Below are positions 1-11,359 of a stretch of 64,000 nt of DNA, piece by piece (positions within the stretch are counted from its first letter, which is position 1; the number at the start of each line of letters is the position of its first letter). The DNA comes from the human T2T-CHM13v2.0 reference genome, Homo sapiens: the NCBI RefSeq assembly GCF_009914755.1, contig NC_060929.1. One strand, written 5' to 3'. A program made the translations under genes and the position numbers. Under the pieces are notes generated by a model, which saw only the letters and a list, made by a program, of their open reading frames with translations, ran no database searches and was not told the origin of the DNA.

Positions 1-1860
1 GCAGAAATTCTGCCTAGAGGGAGAGGAAGGCTGTAATAACACAAAGTTCTGACCCTCTTCACAAGGAAACAGAGTCTTTTTGTAACTAAGTATTTGGAAG
101 TTCAAGCATAGGGATGCCCTCAAAAACAAGGTGTGACTGTAGTGATAAGCAATTAAGAGAAGGCTGGTAGTTCCGTAACAGCAGGGAGCTAAAGTGTAGC
201 CCAGCTAGACATTTACTAGAAAGAACCAGGGAAAGAGATAGCTAAGAAAAGCCCTCCTGGGATTGTAACAAACCTCAAAGTCTGGCCTCAACGACTATCC
301 TTGCAAAGAGGCTTGAATTTAATTGGATCAGATTGTTGAACAATTTATACCCCAGGACACTGTTGAAAAAAATAGAACAGTAATCTAGCAATTAGTGGAA
401 CCTTACAACTGGGTATGATACCAAAAGAGGCAGACAGTTTAACAGAGAGACCAACGAGAGACAGTCAAAGAGAGCCTGCTAAAACCAGTGTCATCGTAGG
501 GTGACTGCACCTACTCAAGGTACACTCTCTGAGGAGCAATATCAGAGGCTGTACACTATTGGGAGAATAGACTCACATGTAAGAGTCTAGCTAAGTTACT
601 AAATAAATAAACAATAACAACAAGCCCTGGAAGGGGTGGGGGATTAGTGTCTAGAGTTGTTATAATCTATTATCTGAAATGCCCAGTTAGCAACAAAAAA
701 TTATAAGATATGGAAGAAACAGGAGAGTGTGATGCATAGACGGAAGAAACAAACAGGCAACAGAAACTGCCTTTGAGAGAACTTAGTAGACAGACTTCAC
801 AGCAGCTGTTATTTATGTTCAAAGAACTAAAGGAAACCATGCTTAAATGTTACTAAATATATATAAATTATTACAAAGACTCAAATAGGAAATTTGGAGC
901 TGAAAGTATAATAACTGAGATGAAAAATTTACTGTTGAAGGGCCAAATGTAGATTTGACAAAAGAAAGAATCAAAAAAGCTTAAAGATAGATTGATAGTG
1001 ATTATACAAACTAAAGAACAGAGAGAACCACAGTGAAGAAAAGGAAAAAGAATGAAGAGCCTTAGAGAAAGATGGAGTATCACTAAGCACACTAACATTC
1101 ATATAATGGGTGTATCAGAGACAGAGAAAGGAACAGAAAAAAATTTTGAGGAAATAATGGCTTCTGATGAAAAACATTATACATCCAAGAAGCTCAGTCA
1201 ACTCCAAATAGATTATATATCTAAAGAAATCCATATTCTCTTCATTGTAGTAAAAGTGTTGAAAGCCAGAAACGAAAAGGTTGAAAATAATCAGAGAAAA
1301 AATGACTCATTACTTACAAAGGAACCCTAATAAGATTAAGAGCTGACCTCTGACTTCTCATCAGAAACAATGGAAGTCAGAAGATAGTGGGCTAATGTAT
1401 TCAGAGTGCTGAAAGGAAAAAAAAAAAATACCACAAGGTCAACTAAGAATTTTATAACCAGCAAAATGAGCTTTCTAAAATAAATATAAAATAAAGACAT
1501 TCCTGGACAACAAAAACTGAGAGAATTTGTTGTTAGCAGTCTTGCCTTATAAGAAATCCTAAATAAAGTTCTTCAGATTGATAGCAAGTGACCACATACT
1601 GTGTTTATATGAAATACCCAGGTTAGGCAAATCTGTAGAGTCAGAAAGTAGGTTAGATGTTGCCAAGGGCTGGAGGAGAAAGGAGACAAGGGAGAGTGAC
1701 TGCTGATGGCTATAGGGTTTTCTTTTGGGGACATGAAAATGTGCCTAAGTTGATTCTGGTGATGGTTGGACAACTCTATGAATATACTAAAAATGACTGG
1801 ATTTTACATTTTAAAGAGGTGAATTATATGTGTATTGTGTCAGTAAAGCTGTTTGAAAAA
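1..1860 (+). mobile_element. Old L1M-type LINE-1 remnant: degenerate ORF1 region (to ~1580) followed by a 3'-end segment (~1590-1860)
   Basis: ORF1-like peptide (ORF 1052..1330; acttctcatcagaaacaatggaag motif) and L1M 3' end motifs (ggcaaatctgtagag...gtgatggttg). Confidence 0.7.
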
Positions 1861-2219
1861 TTAGTATTGATCAATACTATATGAAAACAATGTCCTGGGC
1901 CCGCATTTAAAAAAAAGTTGTCCTCACTTATTGCTTGGATGTGAAAAAATTACCTTGACAGGTATTAAATGGGTATTATTTACGTGAAGTTGTATCTATT
2001 CACAGGTAGCAAATTATGAGTTATTAAGAACCCTAAGGCAAGTTGTGCAATGCAGAAACATGCAGTGGCATTCTCTGAATGAAAAGCTTGGAAATGTTAT
2101 ATTCACTCTTAAAACATCCAAGCTTTTAGTGAAGATATTATTTTAGAAAGGGTAAAATACAAGTCTGAGGCTATATTAGATGAAGTAAATATAACATGCT
2201 ATTTGTTTTTCCTTTTTAA

Positions 2220-2522
<303 letters not shown>

Positions 2523-2766
2523 TAATGAATTACTGTAGACCAGAAAGTAATCTAAACTAGATACCATTCTCTAAGCACTTATCACAAGTATCACTTGTTG
2601 CTTTGAGAAAAAAATCAGAGATGATGTCAAGTCATGGTGAAGCCCTGTGCCATAAACGAGTTTCTAGTCTGTTAACAGTAAAACTACCATCGCGGCACTG
2701 TCCATCTTAAATGCCCTTTGTATACATGGCATACAATGGATTTTGTGGAATAAAAGGTACTCAGAA

Positions 2767-2843
2767 TTTTTTAATTTTTAATTTTTATTTGTTTATTTTT
2801 AATCAGGCAGCCCTCAGAATCAAGACAGGTTCAGAGAACTCTT
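2767..2843 (-). mobile_element. Tiny retroposed insert (43-nt body plus degenerate polyA), body resembles a MER57-type LTR segment
   Basis: TSD ggtactcagaa(a)tttt at 2756-2770 and 2844-2859; polyT tract 2767-2800. Confidence 0.65.
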
Positions 2844-3833
2844 GGTACTCAGAAATTTTAAAAGACTGCTCGGGACCTATAGATTGAAGTCAGGTCCTCC
2901 AAAACCTAGTAGAATGCATTGAAAATGAATTTGTAAATAAAACCTGCAAAATACACTGGATGCAACTGAAACAAAGGAGTGTAATTGATGCAATGATTTT
3001 TGAAAAACGGCAGCCTGACTTTTGTTTGCTTTTAGAAGCAGCAACTTCCCTCATGATCTTTTTTTATGTTTTGGGTGTGGCGGGGTTTGTGAGGATAAGT
3101 TTGGGAATATATCTAAGTGTGGCATTTTAGTAATGAAAAATCACTAATTTCTTAACTCTCTGAAAGGATAAAAGCTTACTTTGTTGTGGAAAATTTACTT
3201 AAATTATTCTATAATAAAATTTTGCCTCTATTATAAATGATTGAGAAGTAGATATTAGCTACTTGAATTTTTTATGTTTACTTTGGTTTAAATCAACCCT
3301 AAACTGGCACTCAGATACTTACTTTGTAGATGTTGCAGACTTTTCATCAAAAAGGAATTTTAAGTGTTGGCATTAAGGGATCATAATAATTCAAATATTT
3401 TTGGTAACCAACTTTAAAATGTATTATTTTGTTAAGATGGCAAATTAAAATATGCAAGGATTTAAAAGACCAGTTTTAAAGACTGAATCAATTTAGATGT
3501 GAATTATATGTCTAATTCTTGTAGTTGTTTTCATCTTTTACATAGGGAGTAACTGTCCTTAACTTTTTCTCCATTGTGGCCTGGAGGATTTATCTGATTA
3601 CATAATTCTTTACATTTAGAAAGGTCATTTCAGGCAAATCATAGAGTAGATGAAGCTAGGAGTTATGAAATTTTAAATATCATTATTTCCTGAGCATGAT
3701 TTTTTTTAAACCCTTTTATCCAATTTGCAGAGTTTATTGTATTGAAACATGATTGTGTATCAAATGTGAGTTTGGTTAAAGAGAATAATGATAATTTGTA
3801 TTTAAGATTTAACATGTAATGTCTTAATTTTAG

Positions 3834-3899
3834 GTAGCTGTAGCCATACCTAATAGACCTCCTGATGCTGTACTTACAGATACCACCTCTCTTAATCAG
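3834..3899 (+). CDS. HSD17B4: HSD17B4 exon 17 (VAVAIPNRPPDAVLTDTTSLNQ), hydratase-2 domain
   Basis: ttttag|GTA ... CAG|gtaaga; 66 nt, phase 0/0. Confidence 0.97.
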
Positions 3900-4684
3900 G
3901 TAAGATTGTATTTTTGAAAAATGATAAATCCACCTGGTTGATGACACTTTTTAATTTATAGCTCTGATACCTTATAACATTATGCATCTAATGCATAATG
4001 AATAATATGTTATTATTCAACATAATAAACATACAGACATGTTTCCTGTGATTGCACGTTATTTTTTTAATTTTTAGTTATTAATGTTTTCCCACTAGAT
4101 ACCAAAATAAAATATAAAATGGTTTTTTATTAGTCAATTTAAAAAGCATTGCATGTTGTTGGTAATGGAGTGCTTTCTTTGGAGAGGCCGCCCACTTTAA
4201 GAGTGAAGAATTTCATGAAAGCCTCAGAGTAAGTGCAGGATAAAAATTAGGTAAAAGGCAAGTAAGTATTAGTCATCCTTTCCTCTTTGGGAAAGAAAGC
4301 AATGCCACACTGCTTGGAAACAGATTATTTTATACCAACTGTAAAGGATAGGCAAATAAAGCATCTTAGAAGCAGTAGGTGATTTAATCTTTTTTGTTTG
4401 ACATAAAGAATTTGTTTTCTGGTGAAGGAGATAAAATGTCCTGTCAGTTCACAAATTCTGTGACCATAGAAAAATTTGTTTAAGAAACAAAAGGCAACCA
4501 TAAAAGTGAGAAAAGCAAGTTTATTTTTGAGAGACCTTAAGATTCTTCTCTAAGATGGCTAGTAGACTAACCATGCAGATATAGCATAAAATCCTTAAAC
4601 CTCTGGAGTAACGCAGTGTGTGTGCATGTAATAACAGCAAATTGTTCAGAAAGGTCACTTTAAAAAAATTTTTGGTTGTATTTT

Positions 4685-4876
4685 AGAAGAGAACAACACA
4701 GTGGGGCCTACTGGAGGGTAGAGGATAGGAGAAGGGAGAGGATCAGGAAAAATAACTAATGGGTAGTAGGTTTAATACCTGGGTGATTAAATAATATGCA
4801 CAACAAACCCCCATGACACACAATTATCTATGTAACAATCCTGCACATGTACTCCTGGACTTAAAAGTTAAAAAAT
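4685..4876 (+). mobile_element. L1 3'-end fragment (older L1PA type)
   Basis: ...aacaaacccccatgacac...cctgcacatgtac...acttaaaagttaaaaaa 3' terminus. Confidence 0.85.
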
Positions 4877-5775
4877 TTTTTTTGGTATGTTCGATATGAA
4901 AACTTCTGCAGGACTTATGTTTCCTAGCAAATAGAATTGTAATCTCATAAGCCAGAGAGAATTAAAGTTGGTACATATGTATTTTTTTTCTGTACCATAT
5001 AATCAGGTGATGGAGGGAACATTGTTTTATTCTTGCTTTTAAATATTTTTTCCATCCATTACTGTTTCTTATGAATTTCTTAAGAATGTGCTCATATTTA
5101 TGTTTACATAAGGCTTAATTGAGAAACTAATTCTGTTAGAGTACTAAAAAACAGAAAAGGCTCATGGTTTCATGGTTCAGAAAACCCAAGAAATGCCTCT
5201 TTATTATACTGAAATAAAAAATATATCTGCTACAAATAAAAGCTGAATAGTTTCCAAGGTTTGAATTTCTACGCACAGTAAGTAGTGGGGTTTTCTTTCT
5301 TTTGTTTTTTTTTCAGATGACTAAAACTTTTTGTTAGTTTTAAGGTAGGTTTTAATATTTTGCTGCGTGACAAAAGACGGTTTTTAAATCAACAATATTT
5401 TTGTGTGAATAATGGGCACTCATCATTTGGCAGAGGTTCTTGGCCATTTTGTATTGTATGATAATTAGAGAATATAATGGAGGCTATATACCAGTTCCCT
5501 AAAAAACATTTTGCATAAAACTTTGCATAAATTTCAGGGAATTTGTGGGACATTTGAAATTGGATGCATGCTATAAGAAATACAAGTCAATTAGAAGAAG
5601 TGTCATCTATTGTCAAGGAAGGGAAGGAACACTTGGATACTCAAGATATAGATGTCTGAGATAACTAGGGCACCTATTCCAAGCAATGAATGTTTAAATA
5701 CAAGGCTTTGATTTGTAGTATAGGTGTAACAGACAGTCAGAGAAGGGATACTTATTAGGGAATGACATGTAGAAG

Positions 5776-7313
5776 TGAGAGGTGACAGCGTGCTGGCAGT
5801 CCTCACAGCCCTCGCTCGCTCTCGGCGCCTCCTCTGCCTGGGCTCCCACTTTGGTGGCACTTGAGGAGCCCATCAGCCCACCGCTGCACTGTGGGAGCCC
5901 CTTTCTGGGCTGGCCAAGGCCAGAGCCGGCTCCCTCAGCTTGCAGGGTGGTGTGGAGGGAGAGGCGCTAGCGGGAACCGGGGCTGCGCGCGGCGCTCGCA
6001 GGCCAGCTTGAGTTCTGGGTGGGCGTGGGCTTGGCGGGCCCGGCACTCAGAGCAGCTGGCCGGCCCTGCTGGCCCCGGGCAATGAGGGGCTTAGCACCCA
6101 GGCCAGCGGCTGCGGAGGGTGTACTGGGTCCCGCAGCAGTGCCAGCCCACCGGTGCTGTGCTCGATTTCTCGCTGGACCTTAGCTGCCTTCCCGCAGGGC
6201 AGGGCTCGGGACCTGCAGCCCGCCATGCCTGAGCCTCCCACCCCCTCCATGGGCTCCTGTGCAGCTCGAGCCTCCCTGAGGAGTGCCACCCCCTGCTCCA
6301 TGGCGCCCAGTCCCATCGACCACCCAAGGGCTGAGGAGTGCGAGCGTACCGCGTGGGACTGGCAGGCAGCTCCACCTGCAGCCCTGGTGTGGGATCCACT
6401 GGGTGAAGCCAGCTGGGCTCCTGAGTCTGGTGGGGACATGGAGAACCTTTATGTCAGGGATTGTAAATACACCAATGGGCACTCTGTATCTAGCTCAAGG
6501 TTTGTAAACACACCAGTGAGCACCCTGTGTCTAGCTCAGGGTTTGTGAATGCACCAGTGGACACTCTGTATCTAGCTGCTCTGGTGGGGCCTTGGACAAC
6601 CTTTATGTCTAGCTCAGGGATTGTAAATGCACCAATCGGCACTCTGTATCTAGCTCAAGGTTTGTAAACAAACCAATCAGCACCCTGTGTCTAGCTCAGG
6701 GTTTGTGAATGCACCAATTGATACTCTGTATTTAGCTACTCTGGTGGGGCCTTGGAGAACCTTTGTGTTGATACTCTGTATCTAGCTAATCTGATGGGGA
6801 CGTGGAGAACCTTTATGTCTAGCTCAGGGATTGTAAACGCACCAATCAGCGCCCTGTCAAAACAGACCACTCAGCTCTACCAATCAGCAGGACGTGGGTG
6901 GGGCCAGATAAGAGAATAAAAGCAGGCTGCCCAAGCCAGCAGTGGCAACCCGCTCCGGTCCCCTTCCACACTGTGGAAGCTTTGTTCTTTCACTCTTTGC
7001 AATAAATCTTGCTACTGCTCACTCTTTGGGTCCACACTGCTTTTATGAGCTGAAGCCAGCGAGACCATGAGCCCACCGGGAGGAACGAACAACTCCAGAC
7101 GTGCTGCCTTAAGAGCTGTAACACTCACCGCGAAGGTCTGCAGCTTCACTCCTGAGCCAGCGAGACCACGAACCCACCAGAAGGAAGAAACTCCAAACAT
7201 CAGAAGGAACAAACTCCAGACGTGCCACCTTAAGAGCTGTAACACTCACTGTGAGGGTCCGCGGCTTCATTCTTGAAGTCAGTGAGACCAAGAACCCACC
7301 AATTCCGGACACA
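5776..7313 (+). mobile_element. LTR12C (ERV9/HERV9) solo LTR, 1538 bp, sense to HSD17B4 in intron 17
   Basis: TGAGAGGTGACAGCG...GGACACA termini; 4-bp TSD GAAG (5772-5775, 7314-7317); CpG-rich 5' part; tandem CCAAT repeats. Confidence 0.97.
6440..6950 (+). promoter_or_regulatory. LTR12C U3 enhancer/promoter: tandem CCAAT (NF-Y) repeats, AGATAA (6906-6911), AATAAA TATA-like box (6915-6920)
   Basis: Repeated tctagctca(a/g)gg(a)ttgtaaa..caccaatc units; established ERV9 LTR architecture. Confidence 0.75.
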
Positions 7314-7705
7314 GAAGGGTTCGATAGTAAGAATGGGACTTAGTGGAGATGGTATGTGGGTGTTTTCTCTCCGGATATGTAGGGCTTGCAGTGTGTTGAG
7401 AAGTAATGATGGAGTGTAAGAGAGGAGAAGAGCATGACGTGTGTATAAGGGGTAAGAATTAGAGCATTCACATTGGAGACTAGTGTAGGATGATTGTGCA
7501 TGGGCAGATCTTTAAGAGATATGGAAATGAGGAAAAATTATGCCATTATACATAAACTTTATGCTAGGTATTTATATTAACTAAGTAACTTTTCAATCAT
7601 TAAGAAAACTGGCAATATATATTTTTAACTATACCAGTATCACTTCTGGAATGTCTGTTTATAATGTCTTCAGGAGAGTTTCTTCATCTTGAAACTGGTA
7701 TGACA

Positions 7706-8013
7706 GGCCTGCACAGTGGCTCACACCTTAAATCCCAGCACTTTGGGAGGCTGAGGCAGGAGAGTCACTTGAGCTCAGGAGTTTGAGACCAGCCTGGGGC
7801 AAGAACTTGTCTCCACTAAAAGTAATAATAATAATAAAAAAATTAGCCGAGCATGGTGGCATACGCCTATTGTCCCAGCTACTCAGGAGGCTGAGGTGGA
7901 GGATCACTTGAGCCTGGTAAATCGAGGCTGCAGTGAGCTGTGATTACACCACTGCACTCCAGTCTAGGTAACAGAGCAAGACCCTGTCTCAAAACAAAAC
8001 AAAACAAAACAAA
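7706..8013 (+). mobile_element. AluJ-type element with (AAAAC)n tail
   Basis: Alu dimer; degenerate TSD ending gtatgaca. Confidence 0.92.
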
Positions 8014-9049
8014 CGAGTATGACAATACAAGTGTACTTTGTAGTTTTTCATAATTATTAATAGACAGACAATTCCACTGCAATAATCTAGACAGACCAAA
8101 CAGCAAGTAAATATCAGATGTCAGGCTTTGTATTTGAGGAAAATGAGAACAAATATCCATAGTTTCCCCAGATACATATCTTATACTATACATATCCTAT
8201 TAAGTAAAGTTAATATTTGGCATATCAGTTCTAGTATCCAGTAAAATATAATTCTTTATTACAGTTACTGTCATCTTGAACTGAAAACAGACATAGGCTC
8301 AAAAACATGTCTTCTAGTGGGAGATCTTTGCAGATTTAGAACACCCCTTTGTGGGGCCACAAAGCTGTAGAGAAATCATGGATGCTAGTTGGACCATCTG
8401 AGTCACTTGCATGTAACTGCCAGAAAGTGCTTACTATCTGATGGGATCATCTAAAGTGAACTGCTGATCAGCCCATGTTTTAGATGCAGAGACTGATTGC
8501 ATTCCAGATTTTGCAAATATCAAGTCATATTTCCTGGAGTATTCTTTCTCTCATTTTTATTTGGACCTTTAGGACCATAAAGAACTCATGTAAAGTCATT
8601 AAGAAAGCAACACAAGCATTCATCTTATCTAGAAGAGTCCCAGCATTTAATTTAGTTTCACTAGAATATTTTCATAATTTTTTATAATTCTGCTTCTACT
8701 AAACGATCACAGTATGATACACCAATTGTCAATTTTTAAAAGAAAAAACTTCTTTTACATCCTCTGGTCTCATAATCTGAGATATTACTGACAGCCACGT
8801 TCTAGGTCCCACTCGCAGCTCCAGAAAAGACTCCTTTGAACTTTTTCTCTAGGCTACCATAGCACCCATCGCCTTTAGTTTCCAATACGTGTCACCTTCA
8901 CTTCACTGATTATTTGTGGGTGAAAGTTTCAGATAAATCACTGGGAATCAAAAATAAATCATTGAGAAACCAAAAAAATTACCATACATTTTATAACTAC
9001 TACCTGTTTTTTTTTTTTTAAACAATGATTTATTATTTTCCAAGACACT

Positions 9050-9250
9050 GGGTTGACTGGGTGATCTTTCTGCTACAAATGGTGTAGCTGCTTTTAGATG
9101 GCAGCTGGGCAGGGCTGGAAGGTTCCAAGATGGCTTCTTTTGCATATCTGGGGTCTTAGTGCTAGCTGTTGGCTGGGGTGCTTCGAATCTTCCCTACATG
9201 GCCTCTTTCTTCATGTGGTGTATCATCTTCCAGGACCTTTTTTTATAGCC
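9050..9250. mobile_element. MaLR (MLT1-like) LTR fragment
   Basis: gggctggaaggttccaagatggcttc...tagctgttggctgggg motifs. Confidence 0.5.
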
Positions 9251-9259
9251 CTCAGTGAG

Positions 9260-10760
9260 ACCCCCATTTAGATTTCTGGAGTTATTTTTCTGTGTAACTT
9301 CCTCCTCTTCAGTACACACAAATTCAGCTGCATCATACTTTCAGAATTCTAATCTATATTTGTAACTCATTGAGACCACTTTGCTATATTCGAGATTTCT
9401 GAATTGCAGTCTGGGAACTGCTGTCAGAAGGAAGCTGTACAATTGTAGAACTCATCTTGTTTGTTTCTTTTCTGTAAAGAATTGTAGTCCTGCATTGCCT
9501 GCTGTCCAATGTCTAGGAACAGTGGTAACCCCCACCTTTTTTTTTCTTTATAATTTTTCTAGTTGTTTATGGTAGAAGAATAAGTCCATTCGAGGTCCTT
9601 CATTATGGCCAGAAGCAAAAGTCGTGTATACCTTTTTTAATGCCCTTAATGCCTCATTTTCCCATTTAATCCATGACTATCTAGTTTTTTAGTTTTGATT
9701 GCTGTTCTTTGGCTTCGTTTCTTGTATAACAGTCAAAAGAGGTTATTTTACTTTTTCCCCTCTTATTGTTCCCATTTTGGGGGATGCATTATTTTTACTG
9801 TTTAGAGCATTTAACATTTATGTATTATTTCCACTTTTCTGTATCTTTTAGTTTTAGATTTGCAGTTGAATATGTCAACCCTTTTGCCAAAGCTTCTTAG
9901 TCAGCTCTTAGTTGGATGAAGCTCCTTCTGTGGAAGGTTTCCCAAGAACGGCTCCTGTGTATAGTGTTGCCTTGGTTTCTATATCTTTAAAACTATTTAC
10001 CCTAGATACTTGAAGGGACAGCATTGTTGGATATAAAATCTTATTTCTTAAAAATGGTGCATCATTGTTGTCTTACTTTGTATGTTGCCTTTGAAAAGTC
10101 TGATGCCAATCTAATTATCTTCCCCTGTAAGTTACTTGATCTTTACCCTGAGGCCCTCAAGATTATTTTCGTTTTTAAAGTCTAATGGTTTTGCTGGGAT
10201 ATGTCTCAGTCTTGCATGTTGCAGGTCAGTCTTCCTTATATACCTGGTGGGCCTTTTTAATATGTATATTCATGTCTTTTAGTTTTATAGTATTAAAATT
10301 TTAAATATTAGTTCTCTTTCACTGTTTTGCTTTTCTTTCTTTGGGTATCCATTTATATGTATGTTGAATCTTTTCATGTCTTTCAACTACTTTTCTTCTG
10401 TTCTTTTTTAGTTGCTTCTTGATCTCATTTTCATTCTCATGGTTCATTTCTGCCCTTTCTGCCATCCCCTTATTTAATTTTTATTTGAATGTGTTCTCCT
10501 TTGGGTACCTTATAATTTAGTCTTCATTTCTTATATGATTTTGATTTTTTCTTTCCATTTCTTTCTTGAATTTAATCATTACTTATTTATTTCTTCATGT
10601 ATGTCATCCATTTATTTTCTTAGTTTTTGGATTTTGGATTCAGAGTGTTTGTTTTACATCCCCAAATGCTTGAGTGTTTTGTTACAGTTTTCTTCTGTTT
10701 GGCAGTTTGTTTATTTGGAGCGGGGGTGGATTTTATTTACTAAAAGGTTTTGTTTTGCAT
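9260..10760 (-). mobile_element. Old L1M remnant, antisense
   Basis: T-rich degenerate L1 ORF1/5' motifs (gaaaagtctgatgccaatctaatt). Confidence 0.5.
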
Positions 10761-10772
10761 TTTCAGTTTTGG

Positions 10773-11359
10773 TTTTTTTTTTTTAAATATATATGTATTT
10801 TTATTATACTTTAAGTTCTAGGGTACATGTGCACAATGTGCAGGTTTGTTACATACGTATACATGTGCCATGTTGGTGTGCTGCACCCGTTAACTCGTCA
10901 TTTACGTTAGGTATATCTCCTAATGATATCCCTCCCTCCTCCCCCACCCCACAACAGGCCCCGGTGTGTGATGTTCCCCTTCCTGTGTCCAAGTGTTCTC
11001 ATTATTCAATTCCCACGTATGAGTGAGAACATGTGGTGTTTGGTTTTTTGTCCTTGCAATAGTTTTCTGAGAATGATGGTTTCCAGCTTCATCCATGTCC
11101 CTACAAAAGACATGAACTCATCCTTTTTTATGACTGCATAGTATTTCATGGTGTATATGTGCTACATTTTTTTAATCCAGTCTATCATTGTTGGACATTT
11201 GGGTTGGTTCCAAGTCTTTGCTATTGTGAGTAGTGCTGCAATAAACATACGTGTGCATGTGTCTTTATAGCAGCATGATTATAATCCTTTGGGTATATAC
11301 CCAGTAATGGGATGGCTGGGTCAAATGGTATTTCTAGTTCTAGATCCCTGAGGAATTGC
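10773..11359 (-). mobile_element. Young L1PA 3' end (~590 bp), antisense in intron 17
   Basis: ttattatactttaagttctagggtacatgtgcac... matches L1PA 3' UTR; polyT at left end. Confidence 0.95.

Noticed and set aside
3831-3843. AG|GT at the exon 17 acceptor as a recursive splice site or tandem acceptor
   Set aside because: The regenerated donor GTAGCT is weak, and the alternative AG at +4 is out of frame; no supporting evidence
6440-6860. Regularly spaced repeats resembling a CRISPR array
   Set aside because: These are the U3 enhancer tandem repeats of LTR12C; there are no unique spacers or cas genes, and the context is eukaryotic
5782-7312. Cluster of overlapping 60-130 aa ORFs and CpG-island-like composition
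   Set aside because: Expected by-product of the GC-rich LTR12C; no recognisable protein
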